DNA from: Malacoraja senta
Lineage: Eukaryota
Reading direction: 5' to 3'
Assembly: GCA_038087875.1 (NCBI GenBank)
Contig: CM075988.1
Coordinates: 2,418,001 to 2,482,000 of the forward strand
Length of the DNA stretch: 64,000 bases
Part shown: positions 37,231-50,199 of the stretch, one piece after another
Position numbering within the stretch: the first letter of the stretch is position 1
How the letters are laid out: each line of letters begins with the position of its first letter
The notes under the pieces: generated by a model
The model's database searches: none
Told to the model about the DNA's origin: nothing
Seen by the model: only the letters and a program-made list of their open reading frames with translations
Position numbers and translations under genes: made by a program

Positions 37231-38526
37231 TCATGAGCAAGTGAAATGGTGTCTTCCTGGTGACCTATATTTCCAGTATGTGAATTGAAAGGGGTCAAGA
37301 TTATCCTTGGAAGCTTGTCTCTTGGAAGCTTGGAGTGTATCCATGGTTTCTGGGCAGGAAAGATCCTATTTTTCTTTGTCAGAACGCATTTGTCAACACA
37401 TGTATTGATAAAACCAGTGATAATGACCATTTAGACTGGTCTAAATTCCAGTCCGTCCACTCAAGGCAGTCCCGATGGAGATCCTCGGCTTTCTCAGACC
37501 ACAGCTGTAATCTTTTCCTTGGTGCTCTGTGCTTCAGTCGCTGGCTGCAAGCTGGCTAAATTGAATTTCCTCAGTAATTGAAAGGGACAGCATTTTATTC
37601 CAGGTCAGGGGAATTGAGCTAAGTCAGTCACATCAGTGCACCAAGAAATAGACCAAGAAGCAAACTTACGTGAGAATTCCATAGTCCATTTAAGAAAAAA
37701 TATGATAACGCTGGAGAGAGTGCAGAGGAGAATCACCCAAGATGTTGCTGAGGCTGGTGTGTTTCAAATTAGGAAAGATTGGAGAGGCTGGGTCTGTTCT
37801 CTTTGGAGCTGAGGTGGTTAAGAGGGACATGGTTGAAGTATATTAAAATTATGAGGGATATAAATAGAGAAAAATGTAGGAAACTTGTCCCCAAATTAGA
37901 TAGAGATAAAACTAGAGAACATAGATTTCAGGGAAGGGATTTGATCTGAATGGACCTTCTTCACCTGAGTGATGAGTACCTGAGATGCACTTCTGGAGAG
38001 AGTGGAGGAAGCAGTCTCCTACAGCACCTGTCTATGCAAGCACTAGAATTGCCTTTGCATTGATGTCTATGGAGTTAAGACAGTTGACGTTGTCATGGTG
38101 GACAGAATGGTCAATGATGGCCTACCTACAACAATCCACTACACCTACCTCACCTGTGGCAACATTTGCTCCCTGTGTTCACTCGCTGCCCTCACCATTT
38201 ACTGCCCTGTGAAATATTTCCATTTTGTCAAAGAATCGATCCACATAGATCACGTTTAGAGAGCAAAGAGCATCATCCTGTTCCAATTATTCTTGTGATT
38301 CGTTATATTATAATAGGGAGATCAGTAGCTAACGTTCTGCAACTTTATCATAAAATTCCCCAATTTGCCATTCTGCTATTTTGGATGAACTTGACGCTTT
38401 GTAACCTAGTTATTCCTTGAAGCTTTATTTTGTAATGTGTATGTAATTAATCTATCCCAATAAAAAAATGAATGTATTAGTCCATGCGATAACTGCATTC
38501 CTTAATTTGGTGTTCATAAGTAAAAA

Positions 38527-38843
38527 TTTAGTTTAGTTTAGAGATACAGCATGGAAACGGGCCCTTTGGCCCACCAGGTCCGCGCTGACCTACAATCCCC
38601 GCATATTAACACTATCCTACACTCACTAGGGACAATTTTTACATTAACCAAGCCAATTAACCTCCAAACGTATACGTCTTTGGTGTGGGAAGAAACCAAA
38701 GCTTTCGGAGAAAACCCACGCAGGTCACGGGGAGAACGTACAAACTCCGAACAGACAGCACCCGTAGTTGGGATCGAACCCGGGTCTCCGGTACTGCATT
38801 TGCTGTAAGGCAGCAACTCAACCGCTGCGCTACCGTGCCGCCC
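38527..38843 (-). mobile_element. V-SINE (HE1-like), near complete
   Basis: Minus strand GGGCGGCACGGTAGCGCAGCGG, GGGTTCGATCCC B box, V-domain, CR1-type tail. Confidence 0.85.
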
Positions 38844-39084
38844 TTTGTTTGAAGTATTTTGTAAATAACTGCAGTGCCAGCACGGATTCATCTGGAATAT
38901 CACTGTTGAACGTCCCAGTAATTCCCCTAACCTCTCCTCTCTGTTTGCTCTTGTACAGCTAGTTTGTCATTCACTCTCTCACCTCACTTAACCTTTTTTT
39001 GAGAGTGTAGTACCTGATTACAGTGTTTGTTGTTTCTGAATAATTTGCCCTTGCATCTTGAGAAGTTTTACTAGTGTGTTTGAC

Positions 39085-39965
39085 AATTCAATTCAATTCA
39101 ATTTTCAATTCAATTTATTTGTCTTTTTTGACAAATTTGTCATTTGGACCCCTTGAGGTCCAAACGAAATGTCGTTTCTGCAGCCATACAATACAAAACG
39201 AAGAAGACCCGAGACACAACACAATTTACACATACATCCATCACAGCGCTGTGATGGAAGGCAAAAAAACGTATCTCTCCACTGCACTCCCCCCCCCCGA
39301 TGTCAGAGTCAAAGTCAAAGCCCCCGGCGGGCGATGGTGATTGTCCCGCAGCCATTAAAGCCACGCCGGGTGATGCAAGGTCGCGCACCGGGTCTTGGTA
39401 TTAGAGCCCCGGCACGCGCCCGCAAAGTTCGGCGGCCATTCCAAGCCGCGCGGGGGGATAAAGCCCCGCTCCAGGTGCTCTTCAACCCCGCAACTCGGGC
39501 GGGAGAAGTCGCCGCTGCGGAAGCCCCGAAAAGCGGTCTCCCACCAGGGACCCGCGGGCTTACGGTGTTGCCGTCCGCCAGACCCGCGGTTGTAGCCTCC
39601 GAATCTCCGGCGGTCGGGTAGCAGCAGCGATTGTCTCCACCACAGCTCCACCCGCTCCGGACTCGGCCAGCCCCGCGACGGTGAGTAGTCCGCAGCTCCA
39701 CGGGAGTCCCAGGTCGTTCCTGCTGGAGGCCGCTCCACGTTGCCCAGCCCCAACGACAACGGAGACCCGACAAAGAAAAGGTCGGGTCTCCCATGCAGCG
39801 GAAAGATTTCAAAGTTTCCCCCCCCCACCCCCACCCCCACCCCCCCACACACATACCCCGACAAAAAAAATAATAAAAAACTACATAAAAACGAGACAAA
39901 AATAATAAAAAGACAGACGGACTGCAGAGGCCGCTGCAGACGAAAGTCGCGCCGCCCACCGGATT
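39085..39965 (-). mobile_element. Non-autonomous internally deleted LINE derivative (copy C, divergent subfamily)
   Basis: 5' GGTGGGCGGCGC...CTGCAGTCCGTCTGTCTTTT, perfect 22-bp palindrome at 39237-39258, AATAAA and (TTGAA)n tail. Confidence 0.7.
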
Positions 39966-40924
39966 GTTGTAAGATAGCGGGAGTAACGTTCTGAACATTC
40001 TCTGGATTTTGGGGTGCCGAATTGGCAGATTTTCAAGACTTGGATTGAATTTTCATTAATACCTCAACGTTCTTTCAATTCATTCTTTTTGGATGCTACA
40101 GAGTACAATAATAAATTTGCCAATAAACCAGGTAAGTTGAAAAGAACTAAGGGCCTAGTTAGGAGGGGAGTGCAGGAACTGAGAACCTGGTGAGTTGGAG
40201 GGGAATGTGGAAATCTGAACTGCAGTGAGTGAGATTGGGGAACAGGAACTGAGGCCCAGGTGAGTGTGAAGGGAGCGTGGGATTCCGGTCCAGGATTGCT
40301 AAAGAGGTCAATACAGCTAGAGCCCTAGTGTGTGAAAAGGGAGTTCAGCAAACATCAGCTGGTGGGCCAGGTGCCGAACTGACATTTCCTAATAGTCAAG
40401 AGAGCAGACATCGGAATTGTAGTTTCTTATTCACTGGCCAGGGGTTAAGGATCACAAAACAGCAGAAGCTGGAATCTTTTTGGAACTGCTGCCTGATCTG
40501 TTGAGTAACTTTAGCACTATCCATTGATGAAGATTAATTGCTTTGAAACATTAGCTCTGTTCTTTCTCCATGGAATACTTCCTGACCTGCTGAGCATTTC
40601 TGGTATTTTCCCTTCTAAGGCTGCAGATTTTATCTTTTATGTTTGATTAGCTTATTACATATCTCTTTCATTTAAAATGTCTCTATATCTTTGATGTCAG
40701 CCAGTTCAGAGCTGCCAACTCTCACGCATTGAGCATGAGATACACGCATTTCACTCAGTTCTCATGCTGATCACAAATTTCTCACACTCTGTAGTGAGAA
40801 ATTCTGTGATCAACGAGAATTTCAAAACTAATATCAACTGCTTGTGTGCGCGTCTGTTGACAAGACAGCAGCATTCTTATTTTCTGTTATTCTCACTTGA
40901 CCAAACCGTCACACACCTCCAAAC

Positions 40925-42280
40925 CATGCCATATAACCATCTAACCATATAATAATTACAGCACGGAAACAGGCCATCTCGGCCCTTCTAGTGCCGAACA
41001 CTTACTCTCACCTAGTCCTATCTACCTGCACTCAGACCATAACCCTCCATTCCTTTCCCTTCCATATATCTATCCAATTTATTTTTAAATGATAAAATCG
41101 AACCTGCCTCCACCACTTCCACTGGAAGCTCATTCCACACAGCTACAACTCTCTGAGTAAAGAAGTTCCCCCTCATGTTACCCCTAAACTTTTGTCCCTT
41201 AATTCTCAAATCATGTCCTCTTGTTTGAATCTTCCCTACTCCCAATGGAAAAAGCTTATACACGTCAACTCTGTCTATCCCTCTCATAATTTTAAAGACC
41301 TCTATCAAGTCCCCACTTAACCTTCTGCGCTCCAAAGAATAAAGACCTAACCTGTTCAACCTTTCTCTGTAACTTAGGTGCTGAAACCCAGGCAACATTC
41401 TAGTAAATCTCCTCTGTACTCTCTCTATTTTGTTGACATCTTTCCTATAATTTGGCGACCAAAATTGTACACCATACTCCAGAATTGGCCTCACCAATGC
41501 CTTGTACAATTTTAACATTACATCCCAACTTCTATACTCAATGCTCTGATTTATAAAGGCCAGCACACCAAAAGCTTTCTTTACCACCCTATCTACATGA
41601 GATTACACCTTCAGGGAACTATGCACAGTTGCCCCTGTCCCACTTAGGAAACCTGAACGGAAACCTCTGGAGACTTTGCGCCACATCCAAGGTTTCCGTG
41701 CGGTTCCCGGAGGTTTTTGTCAGTCTCCCTAATGGTTGAAAGTGGTTTCCGCTTCTTCTATGCTCCGGCGATTATTTCAAAAAATTCTAAACCGGCTTTG
41801 ACTAAAAATAGGTTGCCGTTTTAAAAATCGGTAATTTTTTAGTTGAAGCCGGTTGCGATGCTAGTTGAAGGTGGTTGCCGGAGGTTGCAGGTAGTGCAAG
41901 GTAAGACCTTTTTTTCACCCAGTTTTATTCCACCAGGGAGGTCTTACCTTCCACTACCTGCAACCTCCAGCAACCACCTTCAACTAGCATCGCAACCGGC
42001 TTCAAATACCGATTTTTAAAACGGCAACCTATTTTTAGTCGCGGCCGGTTTTGAATTTTTTGAAATAATCACCGGAACATAGAAGAAGCGGAAACCACTT
42101 TCGACCATTAGGGAGACGGACAAAAACCTCCGGGAACCGCACGGAAACCTTGGGTGGGGCGCAAAGTCTCCAGAGGTTTCCGTTCAGATTTCCTAAGTGG
42201 GACAGGGGCGTTATTCCTAGATCCCTCTGTTCAACTGCATTCCTCAATTCGCTACCATTTACCATGTACCATTTACCATT
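40925..42280 (-). mobile_element. CR1 3' fragment (second subfamily), interrupted by a MITE
   Basis: ORF 41587-41018 (LYKALVRPILEYGVQFWSP...FFTQRVVAVWNELP), continuing at 42210-42280. ACCAT at both ends. Confidence 0.92.
41631..42209. mobile_element. Almost fully palindromic PIF/Harbinger-like MITE
   Basis: TIR GCCCCTGTCCCACTTAGGAAA / TTTCCTAAGTGGGACAGGGGC with long imperfect arms. 3-bp duplication GTT at 41628-41630 and 42210-42212; removing it restores the CR1. Confidence 0.88.
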
Positions 42281-42702
42281 GCACTGCCCCCATGCAAATT
42301 AACATTGAAAGATACGGACTGGGCAGTGAATGACATGCAGTGTCACCCAGCGCAGCAAGTAAGGCCATGTCCTGCTCCCGGCGGCAGTCAGAATTTAAGG
42401 ATTTGCGGGAAGCGGCTGGCATGAGCGAGGCCAGCGAGCGGCAGGAGAGAGGTACATGGGCCGCGGAACCGGTGGGGGGGGGGGGGGGCTGCAGCCTCCC
42501 TACTTTTTTGGCTAGACATGTTTCAATGTCTCCGGCTTTGGACAAGGCACTGCTGTGCTCTGAGCAACCTGGTCGTGGCTGTTGGAGAGCCAGGGCGGAG
42601 GGAGGGATGAAAGCAGAAGCAGTGGTGGGGGCAAATGCGGACGGGGAGCTAGGGCTGGCGAGTGTTTGCCGGGCTGGCGAGTCGCTCGCTGCAGCTCCGG
42701 CC

Positions 42703-42856
42703 ATGGAGCAGCCTCATTGCCAGCGTTCCGAGCCTTCGGAGACATCAGAAGTATTGCGCCGCTGCCATGAGAGTCTGTGCCGAATTCGCCCAGGTGACCG
42801 GCATGGACCAGGCTGCGGCTCGGTGCGTCCTGGAGGACAACCAGTGGCTGCTGGAA
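42703..42856 (+). pseudogene. TDP2: TDP2 exon-1-like fragment (N-terminal UBA-like domain), apparently frameshifted and orphaned
   Basis: CAEFAQVTGMDQAAARCVLEDNQWLLE aligns with recalled vertebrate TDP2 CVEFASVASCDAAVAQCFLAENDWEME and ends at GAA|GTAAGT. The strong-Kozak ATG at 42703 is out of frame; an in-frame ATG exists at 42767. No later TDP2 exons recognised. Confidence 0.6.
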
Positions 42857-45479
42857 GTAAGTACCAAGTAGAAGTGGTGGAAGATAGTGGCCTTCAAATG
42901 GGGGCGGTTGGCGAAAGCATCCTGCTTGTCTGCTAGATTTTCACTTACTGTAACTGCAGGAACAATGTTCCCGATGTTGGGGGAGTTCAGAATCAGGGGT
43001 CACAGTTTAAGAATAAGGGGTAGGCCATTTAGGACTGAGATGAGGACAAACTTTCTTCACCCAGAGAGTTGTGAATCTGTGCAATTCTCTGCCACAGAAG
43101 GCAGTGGAGGCCAATTCACTGGATGCTTTCAAGAGAGAGTTACATTTAGGTCTTGTGGCTAGCGAAATCAAGGGTTATGGGGAAATAACAGGAAAGAGGT
43201 GATTTTAGATGAACAACCATGATCATATTGAATGGTAGTGCTGGCTTGAAGGGCCGAATGGCCTACTCCTGCTATTTTCTATGTTTCTATGCTTGAGTAT
43301 ATGGCAATAAGACTCGACCACTTGATTTTGAAGCATTCATGCATGGTGGAGGTATAATGTAGTCATAAAGTGATACAGTGTGAAAACAAGCCCTTCGGCC
43401 CAACTTGACCACACCCGCCAACATGTCCCCGCTACATTACCTGCTTTTGGTCCATATCCCTCCAAACCTGTCTGATCCATGTATCAGTCTAACTGTTTCT
43501 TAAATGTTGGGATAGTCCCTGCCTCAACTACCTCCTCTGGCAGCTTGTTCCATACACCCACCACCCTTTGTGTGGAAAAAGTTACCCCTTAAAAGGTTAC
43601 CTTAAAAATACTTCAAACAAAAACCATTGAAATCAAACTTCTACAATGCACTAAAACATGATTTTAATACATCAAATTTCAAAAAGTCCCTACCAAACTT
43701 GGTTGCTCCACTGCCTTGCCGGGTACCCCTAAGGCCAGTGATCAGTGATCGCTCAGCCCTCCCACTTTCAAAAACGCTCTGCGGCCCCTGGTTCAGACGG
43801 AGGGCACTGCCAGATGTGAGTGGGGAACTGAGGTCAGTTGTCCATGATGCCTGGATCCCAATGCTCAGCGCTTCGTGTTTCGGAGTTGGCTAGTGTTATT
43901 GATTTGTAATTAGACTGATTTGTAATTAGTTGACAAAACCTTAATTTATTAATCCGGAATATCCAGGGGGATGTGATAAGTGTAATATTAAAATGACATG
44001 CAAGGTGTCAGGCTGTCTGTCACAACATATAGCCCCGAGAACCCATTATTTCCTTCAGTTAAATATTGGGAAGGTAACACTATTGTCATTTGCCACTCAA
44101 CTATTATGTTTGTTTACCTCACTGACTATTTCTAAACCCCCGCCCCCCCCCCCCAAATCCTTTGACAGGTTGAATAGAAATGTCCCCAATCTCGTTGTTT
44201 TATTAATTGAACATGTAGACGAACATCCTCAAGGAATGTAATCAGATGGAAACTGATTCAGATGCGATGTTTAAGAGTTTGTTCAAAGAAGGGGCATATT
44301 TTAAAGGAGTGACAGAGATACTTGCAGGGGAATGTGTAAGGAGGTTATTATTTGTCTTTAGTTTTAGCTTGAACCAGGACATCTGAAGATTCAAAGTTTA
44401 ATATAGTAATTGTGCTGATACTGATTCCAACCAACAAATTAATGAATATCATCCATTCTGGAGGTTTTATTTTTCTGATGCCATTTAAACTTCACTTGGA
44501 TTTCAATCACTTCAATGTAAAAGTAATTGGGAATGGGGAGCATTGGAACAAAATTTTGCCCTCAGTACATATTAACTGTAATATAATAATGTATGCATGT
44601 TGGTAGGTACAATCAAAACAAAGATCTTTTTTTATCATTGTTGTGTTTTGAATAATACAGAAAATATTATGTACTCTCAAGATCACATTAAATAGAATAT
44701 TATTCCTTAAATATATATTGTTATTGGACTTTGCATTTCCGAAAAGTCCCAGCTGAGAGGAAGACAGCAAAATACTGAAAATATTGGGGTGAAAATGACT
44801 TCAGGACAGTTTGTTAGGAAAATGAAGGAAATGGTAACAGAATACATACAGCTGAGTGAGTATAATTTTATGGATGAGAAATTGTGTTCAACCAATTGAT
44901 GACTTATTTGCCAAAGTAACTAGCATGTTGGATAACAAAGAAGCCAATGGATGTAGCAAATATTGTTATACAAAATTTGGTCCGTGAACAGCCCCATAAA
45001 AGATTACCGTATTAGATAAGCACCTGTGAACTTGAACGGTTAAGTCCAGGGGGTCAGATATGGGGCTTTATCTGTGGCCCAGATATATTGTCAGTACAGA
45101 GGGGCTAGGTGCAAGGCCAAGTGTGCATCCAGTGTCAAGGTCTGGAATGGTACTAGGTGTGCAGTCAAAGCTGGGACAATGGGAGTGTTCAGCACTGGGA
45201 ACCTAAGCAGGTAAGCAGCTATGATCAGGATAGAATAGGGGGCCAGGTTTAAGGCTGGACTTAGGGTTAGGAATGAGAGAAGGTATGTAACTGGAGTCAG
45301 GGTCAGCAGCAGTACCAGGTGTGCAGTGAGACCCAGGTTGGTCAACATGGGCCAAGTGCTTGATTATAATCTGATTTCCATACATGAATACACTAAGATC
45401 ATTCATGTGCTGCACCTGTTGATCAGAGCCTGGCTCTACTGTGGAATGTAATCAGGAATGTAATTTAGCCTAACCTTAT

Positions 45480-45704
45480 AGCTAATCCAATTTAAAGCAT
45501 AAATATTGCATTGAAGTGTAAGTTAAAAGACTCGCTACAGAATGCACCAGATTGCACAATTTTAAGCTGAAAATGCACAAGTTCTGCACCATGGGAGGGG
45601 ACACACCCCCCCTCCCACACCCTCCCCAATCCATCGGTCGCTACACTCCCTCAGGTCTCTCGCAATTTATCACTCCCGACGCTCACCCAATGTTGGCAGC
45701 CCTG
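45480..45704. mobile_element. hAT-like right terminus
   Basis: Ends GTTGGCAGCCCTG, a 12/13 inverted match to the terminus at 40707. Confidence 0.5.
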
Positions 45705-46852
45705 CAGTAACATACTCAGCCAGTAACATACATTACCACCATCGGTGGTCATATCTCATATGCTTTTAAAAAAAATATTCATATATTTTCTGTTTTGTTC
45801 CCTATTTTTGTGCCTGTGTTGCTGAGATGAAGTGATTACAGATCCTTAGCTTCTAGTTTTATACAGCTCTGATTAGGCCTGTAAATGTTGTAGATTGTTT
45901 GCCTTTTTGCCAATCTGTGGATAAGCTAACACGGCTGTTGAAATGATGAATGAGATAACTAGTAGCAGTTATTGTTGGAACTAAGTCATGGGGATACATG
46001 ATGATAAGGAATTAGAAATGTGCCGTCTGGCAGGTTTTTTTGCTAGGCTCATCCGTAAAGCTCGTCTTGTCTGCTGCTTCTGCATTGAGGTATATTGTAT
46101 TTTTCTGCTTTATCACTGAGTGCCGTTATATCCCTCTGGATTGGTCAGAAGTAATTCTCTCTTTCCTTTGCAATCCTCAGTAGAACCATTCTGGAGATGT
46201 TAAAGTAAGAATAGGCATAAATTGAAATTTGAGGAAATTGCTCGCTATTAAAAGGGGTTAGTGGGAATAGTCATATTGTTTTAAAAAAACAAAACTGGAA
46301 ACACTCATCTGTGGGAAGAGAAACAGAACTGAGGAAGAATCCTCGACCTGTTAGCTCCAGTGTTAGAACATGGCTAGTTTGAATGTACCTGTGGTCCTGG
46401 ATGGTCTCTATAGTTAAAGGGTAGAATTTGAGTTGAACTGAAGGCATTTGCTAAAGAAGGACATGGCTGTCAAAATATGTTATGGTGAAAGCTTATCAAA
46501 GACTAGTGGGTAAGATAAACTGCAAAATGAACAAGACAAAAGAGACAGATGGAAATTCTGTGGACAGCAGAAGAGGACTTCAAGGTTGGATGAATGAAAT
46601 AGTGAATGAAAGTTTAAAATAATTGCATCTAATAGAAATCTGAAATTAATACAAAATATGCTGGAAACACTCAACAGGTCAGGATGCATCTGTGGGAAGA
46701 GAAATAGTTACCGCTTCTGTCCGATTCCCTTTGTCAGTCTTGGACCTGAAATGTTAACTATTTCTCCTTCCACTAATACAGACTGACCCGACATTATTTG
46801 CTTAAGACTTCAAATAACCTACTTTAAATTTTGCTAAAATTGGCAGCACTAA

Positions 46853-47580
46853 AGGGCCTGTCCCACTATGGCGACCTAATTTGCGACTTGAGTTTGCGCT
46901 CGCCACAAACTCTTAGCATGGTCGACACATGGTCCTAGGAGGTCACTGTAACTCTCCTTCATGCTCGAGAGAAGTTCCCGCATAATCGCGGCCTCAGTTT
47001 GGTCGAGGAAAAATTTTCAACATGCTGAAAATTTTTCCACGAGTAAAAATTGGTCAGTATGGTTCTTTTGAACTCGTAGTGCTGTGGTAGTGGGGTCGCC
47101 ATGTAGTTATAGGTAGCTGTAGGCAATCTCCTTTGCTGACCGGGCATTTTAATTGGCTCATTGGGTGGAACAAACGTAAGCACGAGTTTTCAGAACCAAG
47201 GAAAACCGACCGGTAATGTTAAATGCCCGCTAAACTTTATTAAAAGTTGTCTGGCTTCTTAAAAGTGTCTCCCCCCCTTCTCCCCCCCCCCCCCCCCCCC
47301 GGCTCTTTTAAAGGACTTACCGTACACTGTGCCAGCCGTCTTTTACCTTCCTGTTCATCGCGGCTATCACCTTGGCTTTGCACCATGTGAATTTCAGACA
47401 GCGCTCCCCCGGCTTTCCCTGGCCCCCGCCTTTGCGATGCGTTTGTGTGTGTGTGCGGTCGGTCGATCCAGCTCGTGGTTTCATCGCTGACAGTTGATCC
47501 AGCTCGCGGTTTTTCAGCCGAGTGCCCCCGAGCTTGGTCGACGACAGTTGCTGAAAAGACGCGGCAGTGGGACAGGCCCT
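46853..47580. mobile_element. PIF/Harbinger-like MITE
   Basis: 15-bp TIR AGGGCCTGTCCCACT / AGTGGGACAGGCCCT in a TAA/TTA-like context. Confidence 0.8.
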
Positions 47581-50199
47581 TATCTTGATGGATCCATTTG
47601 CACTCTGCCTATTCAGAGAAGATAGTAAAAGAAAAAAATCATATACATCCTAATGCCTGAAAGGCAGTTGGAAAATGCATTATCTCCCTGGACATCGATG
47701 AGAGCTGGAGAAAGCACCCAACATTTACAATACACTAGGACACTGATTCTTAGTTTTGCCTGTACTCAATAAATCAATTATAATGCGTGTTAAACTAAAA
47801 TAGTTACTACAAAAAGGTCCAGATCAATGCTTCATCAAATTCTGTCCTTTTTGAAATGCAAATATAATTTTCTATTCTGTGAGATTCTCGGGTAATGCAT
47901 CTCTTCTGGATCAGTGATTGAGCAAACTCCTCTCTGCCAAAACTGCTCTTTAAGCCATTACGTGAGTCAGGCAAGGCAATGGCCTCTTCTATCAGATTAA
48001 TGGTGTCCCCAGGGATCCGTGCTGGGGCCTCAACCTTTATAAATCACTTGGATGTAACAATTGCAGGTTGTAAATCTCAGTTATTGACGACATTAAGTAA
48101 GGTAACATGATGCGGAAATCAATTAAACTTTTGTATTTAGTTTGGGAAACGCCTTAATAATTTAACTAGATATCTAAGACATCAATGCGAATTATTTGAA
48201 GTTTTTAGTTATTTAAAAAATGAACAGGCAGAGACGACGCAGTACTTGGGCAATGTGCAAACTAAAAATTGGACCTATTGATGTTACTGCACAAATTGAT
48301 GTAACCTCTCATACGCTCAAGGCTTGTGATTCCTTTAACATAAAGAAAGGGAGGTGAAGGGAGATGAAAGAGTAAGGGAAGAATTCTAGAAGAATGGAAC
48401 ATAAGGTTTAAATTATTGCTGGACCATTCAGGGGTGAAGTCAAGGAGTATTTCTTCTCACAAATAGTGATAGAAATCTAGAATTATATTACTTGAAATGT
48501 TGGTGCACAGTGTCAATTGAAAACATCAGGAGTAATAGTTTTGTCGGCCAAGGCACTCGGATTGACAGATTTAGAAGCATAGAAACAATGAAAATAGGTG
48601 CAGGAGTAGGCCATTCGGCCCTTCGAGCCTGCACCGCCATTCAATATGATCATGGCTGATCATCCAACTCAGTATCCTGTACCTGCCTTCTCTCCATACC
48701 CCCTGATCCAATTGTACTTCAGCCCCACTCTCCTGTGGAACGGAGAGGATCAGTTGGAGGACCAACCTGTTTACAACTCGGCCTGGCCAGGGTGGTCATT
48801 CACAGTGCTAGGTAGTGAGCCTCCCTACCTCTGTCTGCAATCTCTATCACTCCGTCCCATTTTATCCCTCCCTGTCCCGTTTTCAACCCCCCTGACACGC
48901 CCTGCCCATCCTGTCCCACTCTGTCTCTTGTGTCCCACTGTTTCACTCTGTTCCCCCACCCCCATCCTGCTCTCGCAGACCATCAATTACCCGTTCACTC
49001 GAGTTCTCATTGACTACCAACACAATGCCAAAAAAAAGGTAACACCCGGATTAAATCCACATAGTCACAGGGACAATGTGCAAACTCCACACAGTCAGCA
49101 GTCGAGGTCAATATTGAACCGGGTCTCTGGAATTGTGAGGCAGCAGTGCTATGATGCATCGGCTCTCTGTGGGTGGATTAGGGTGCATAGAGGGACGGGG
49201 AGGGGGGGGGGAGAGCGGGGCAGATTACCTGAAATGAGAGAATTCTTGCTGTTCATGCTGTCGGGTTGTAGATGCCTGAGAATAGTCATAGCTGAAGGGT
49301 GGGCATCTTGATGAAGCCAGTGTCTTGCAGGGAAACTTTACACATACATGGCTGCTTTGCTTTATTTCACAACCACCAATAATTCTGCTTCCCTAGTGTT
49401 GTAGTCCTGTGTTTTCACCAGCGCAAAGTCTGAGCTAATTGGGGTGGGTTTGGGATCTGGGAACCATGTACCTTTGTTATTAGTATGGCATATTTCCATA
49501 GTGAGTAATGGGGAAAAAGCTGCGTTTGGTGCTGTGAGACTGTGTGAGCTCTTAAAGAGGACGTGTTACAAGCGGGAAGAGTGTGACGTCATGGATTAAT
49601 TACATTGATACCTCCTGGGCAATAAACCCAATAAACCAGAATTTAGTGCTCCACGATTTAACAGTGTTGCAGTCTTGCCAGCAACTGATAAAGCTGCCAA
49701 TCTAGCTCACAGAAGTCACCTCACTGGGATATGCAGGGTTATGGTTTATTATGATAGTACAGTAGGACAATTGTGAGGCAGAAGGTTTCTGCTTCAAGTA
49801 CATCCTGATGGGGCCATGATGAACTTTAGAGGCTGTAAAAGATTGAAGGTCTGTGTCATTCAGAATGACCAGCATCAGTGGGAATGGTGGGGGTTGCATA
49901 TACTGGTTGTGTGGTTGTTTTATTTTGTGCATTGTGATGCTGAAATCGAAATTTCTCCCACTCCCCCTAACTGCAAAGGTGTCTATGTATGTACTAGCTT
50001 CATCAGATTGAACTGTGGGCCAGGCTTTATTGGGGCTGAGGAATTTAATAATAAATGTGTGGCTGTGGCTCTGCATATTTTTCTGTTTATGTAACTGATT
50101 TGGGAGTGAGCAAGTGTGGATAATTTCTCTGGTGAAAGTTTCTGCCTCAGCTTCTCCAGCAATGCACACATTTCACCACAGTGTGGATGTGAATGAGAA

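Larger units (their letters stand above)
40707..43790. mobile_element. Composite hAT-like non-autonomous element(s) enclosing the TDP2-like fragment
   Basis: Outer left end CAGAGCTGCCAAC with CTCACGC-type subterminal repeats. Inner imperfect TIR pair CATGGGCCGCGGAAC (42455) and GCTCTGCGGCCCCTG (43790), 12/15 match. No clean 8-bp target duplication. Confidence 0.55.

Noticed and set aside
42500..42550. Minus-strand ALSKAGDIETCLAKK resembling ACOT13 exon 1 (head-to-head with TDP2 in human)
   Set aside because: No suitable nearby start, overlaps hAT subterminal sequence, and no other ACOT13 exons seen; probably chance.
42340..42936. 198-aa ORF as an N-terminally extended TDP2
   Set aside because: Crosses a transposon terminus and a poly-G run, and is out of frame with the UBA-like segment.
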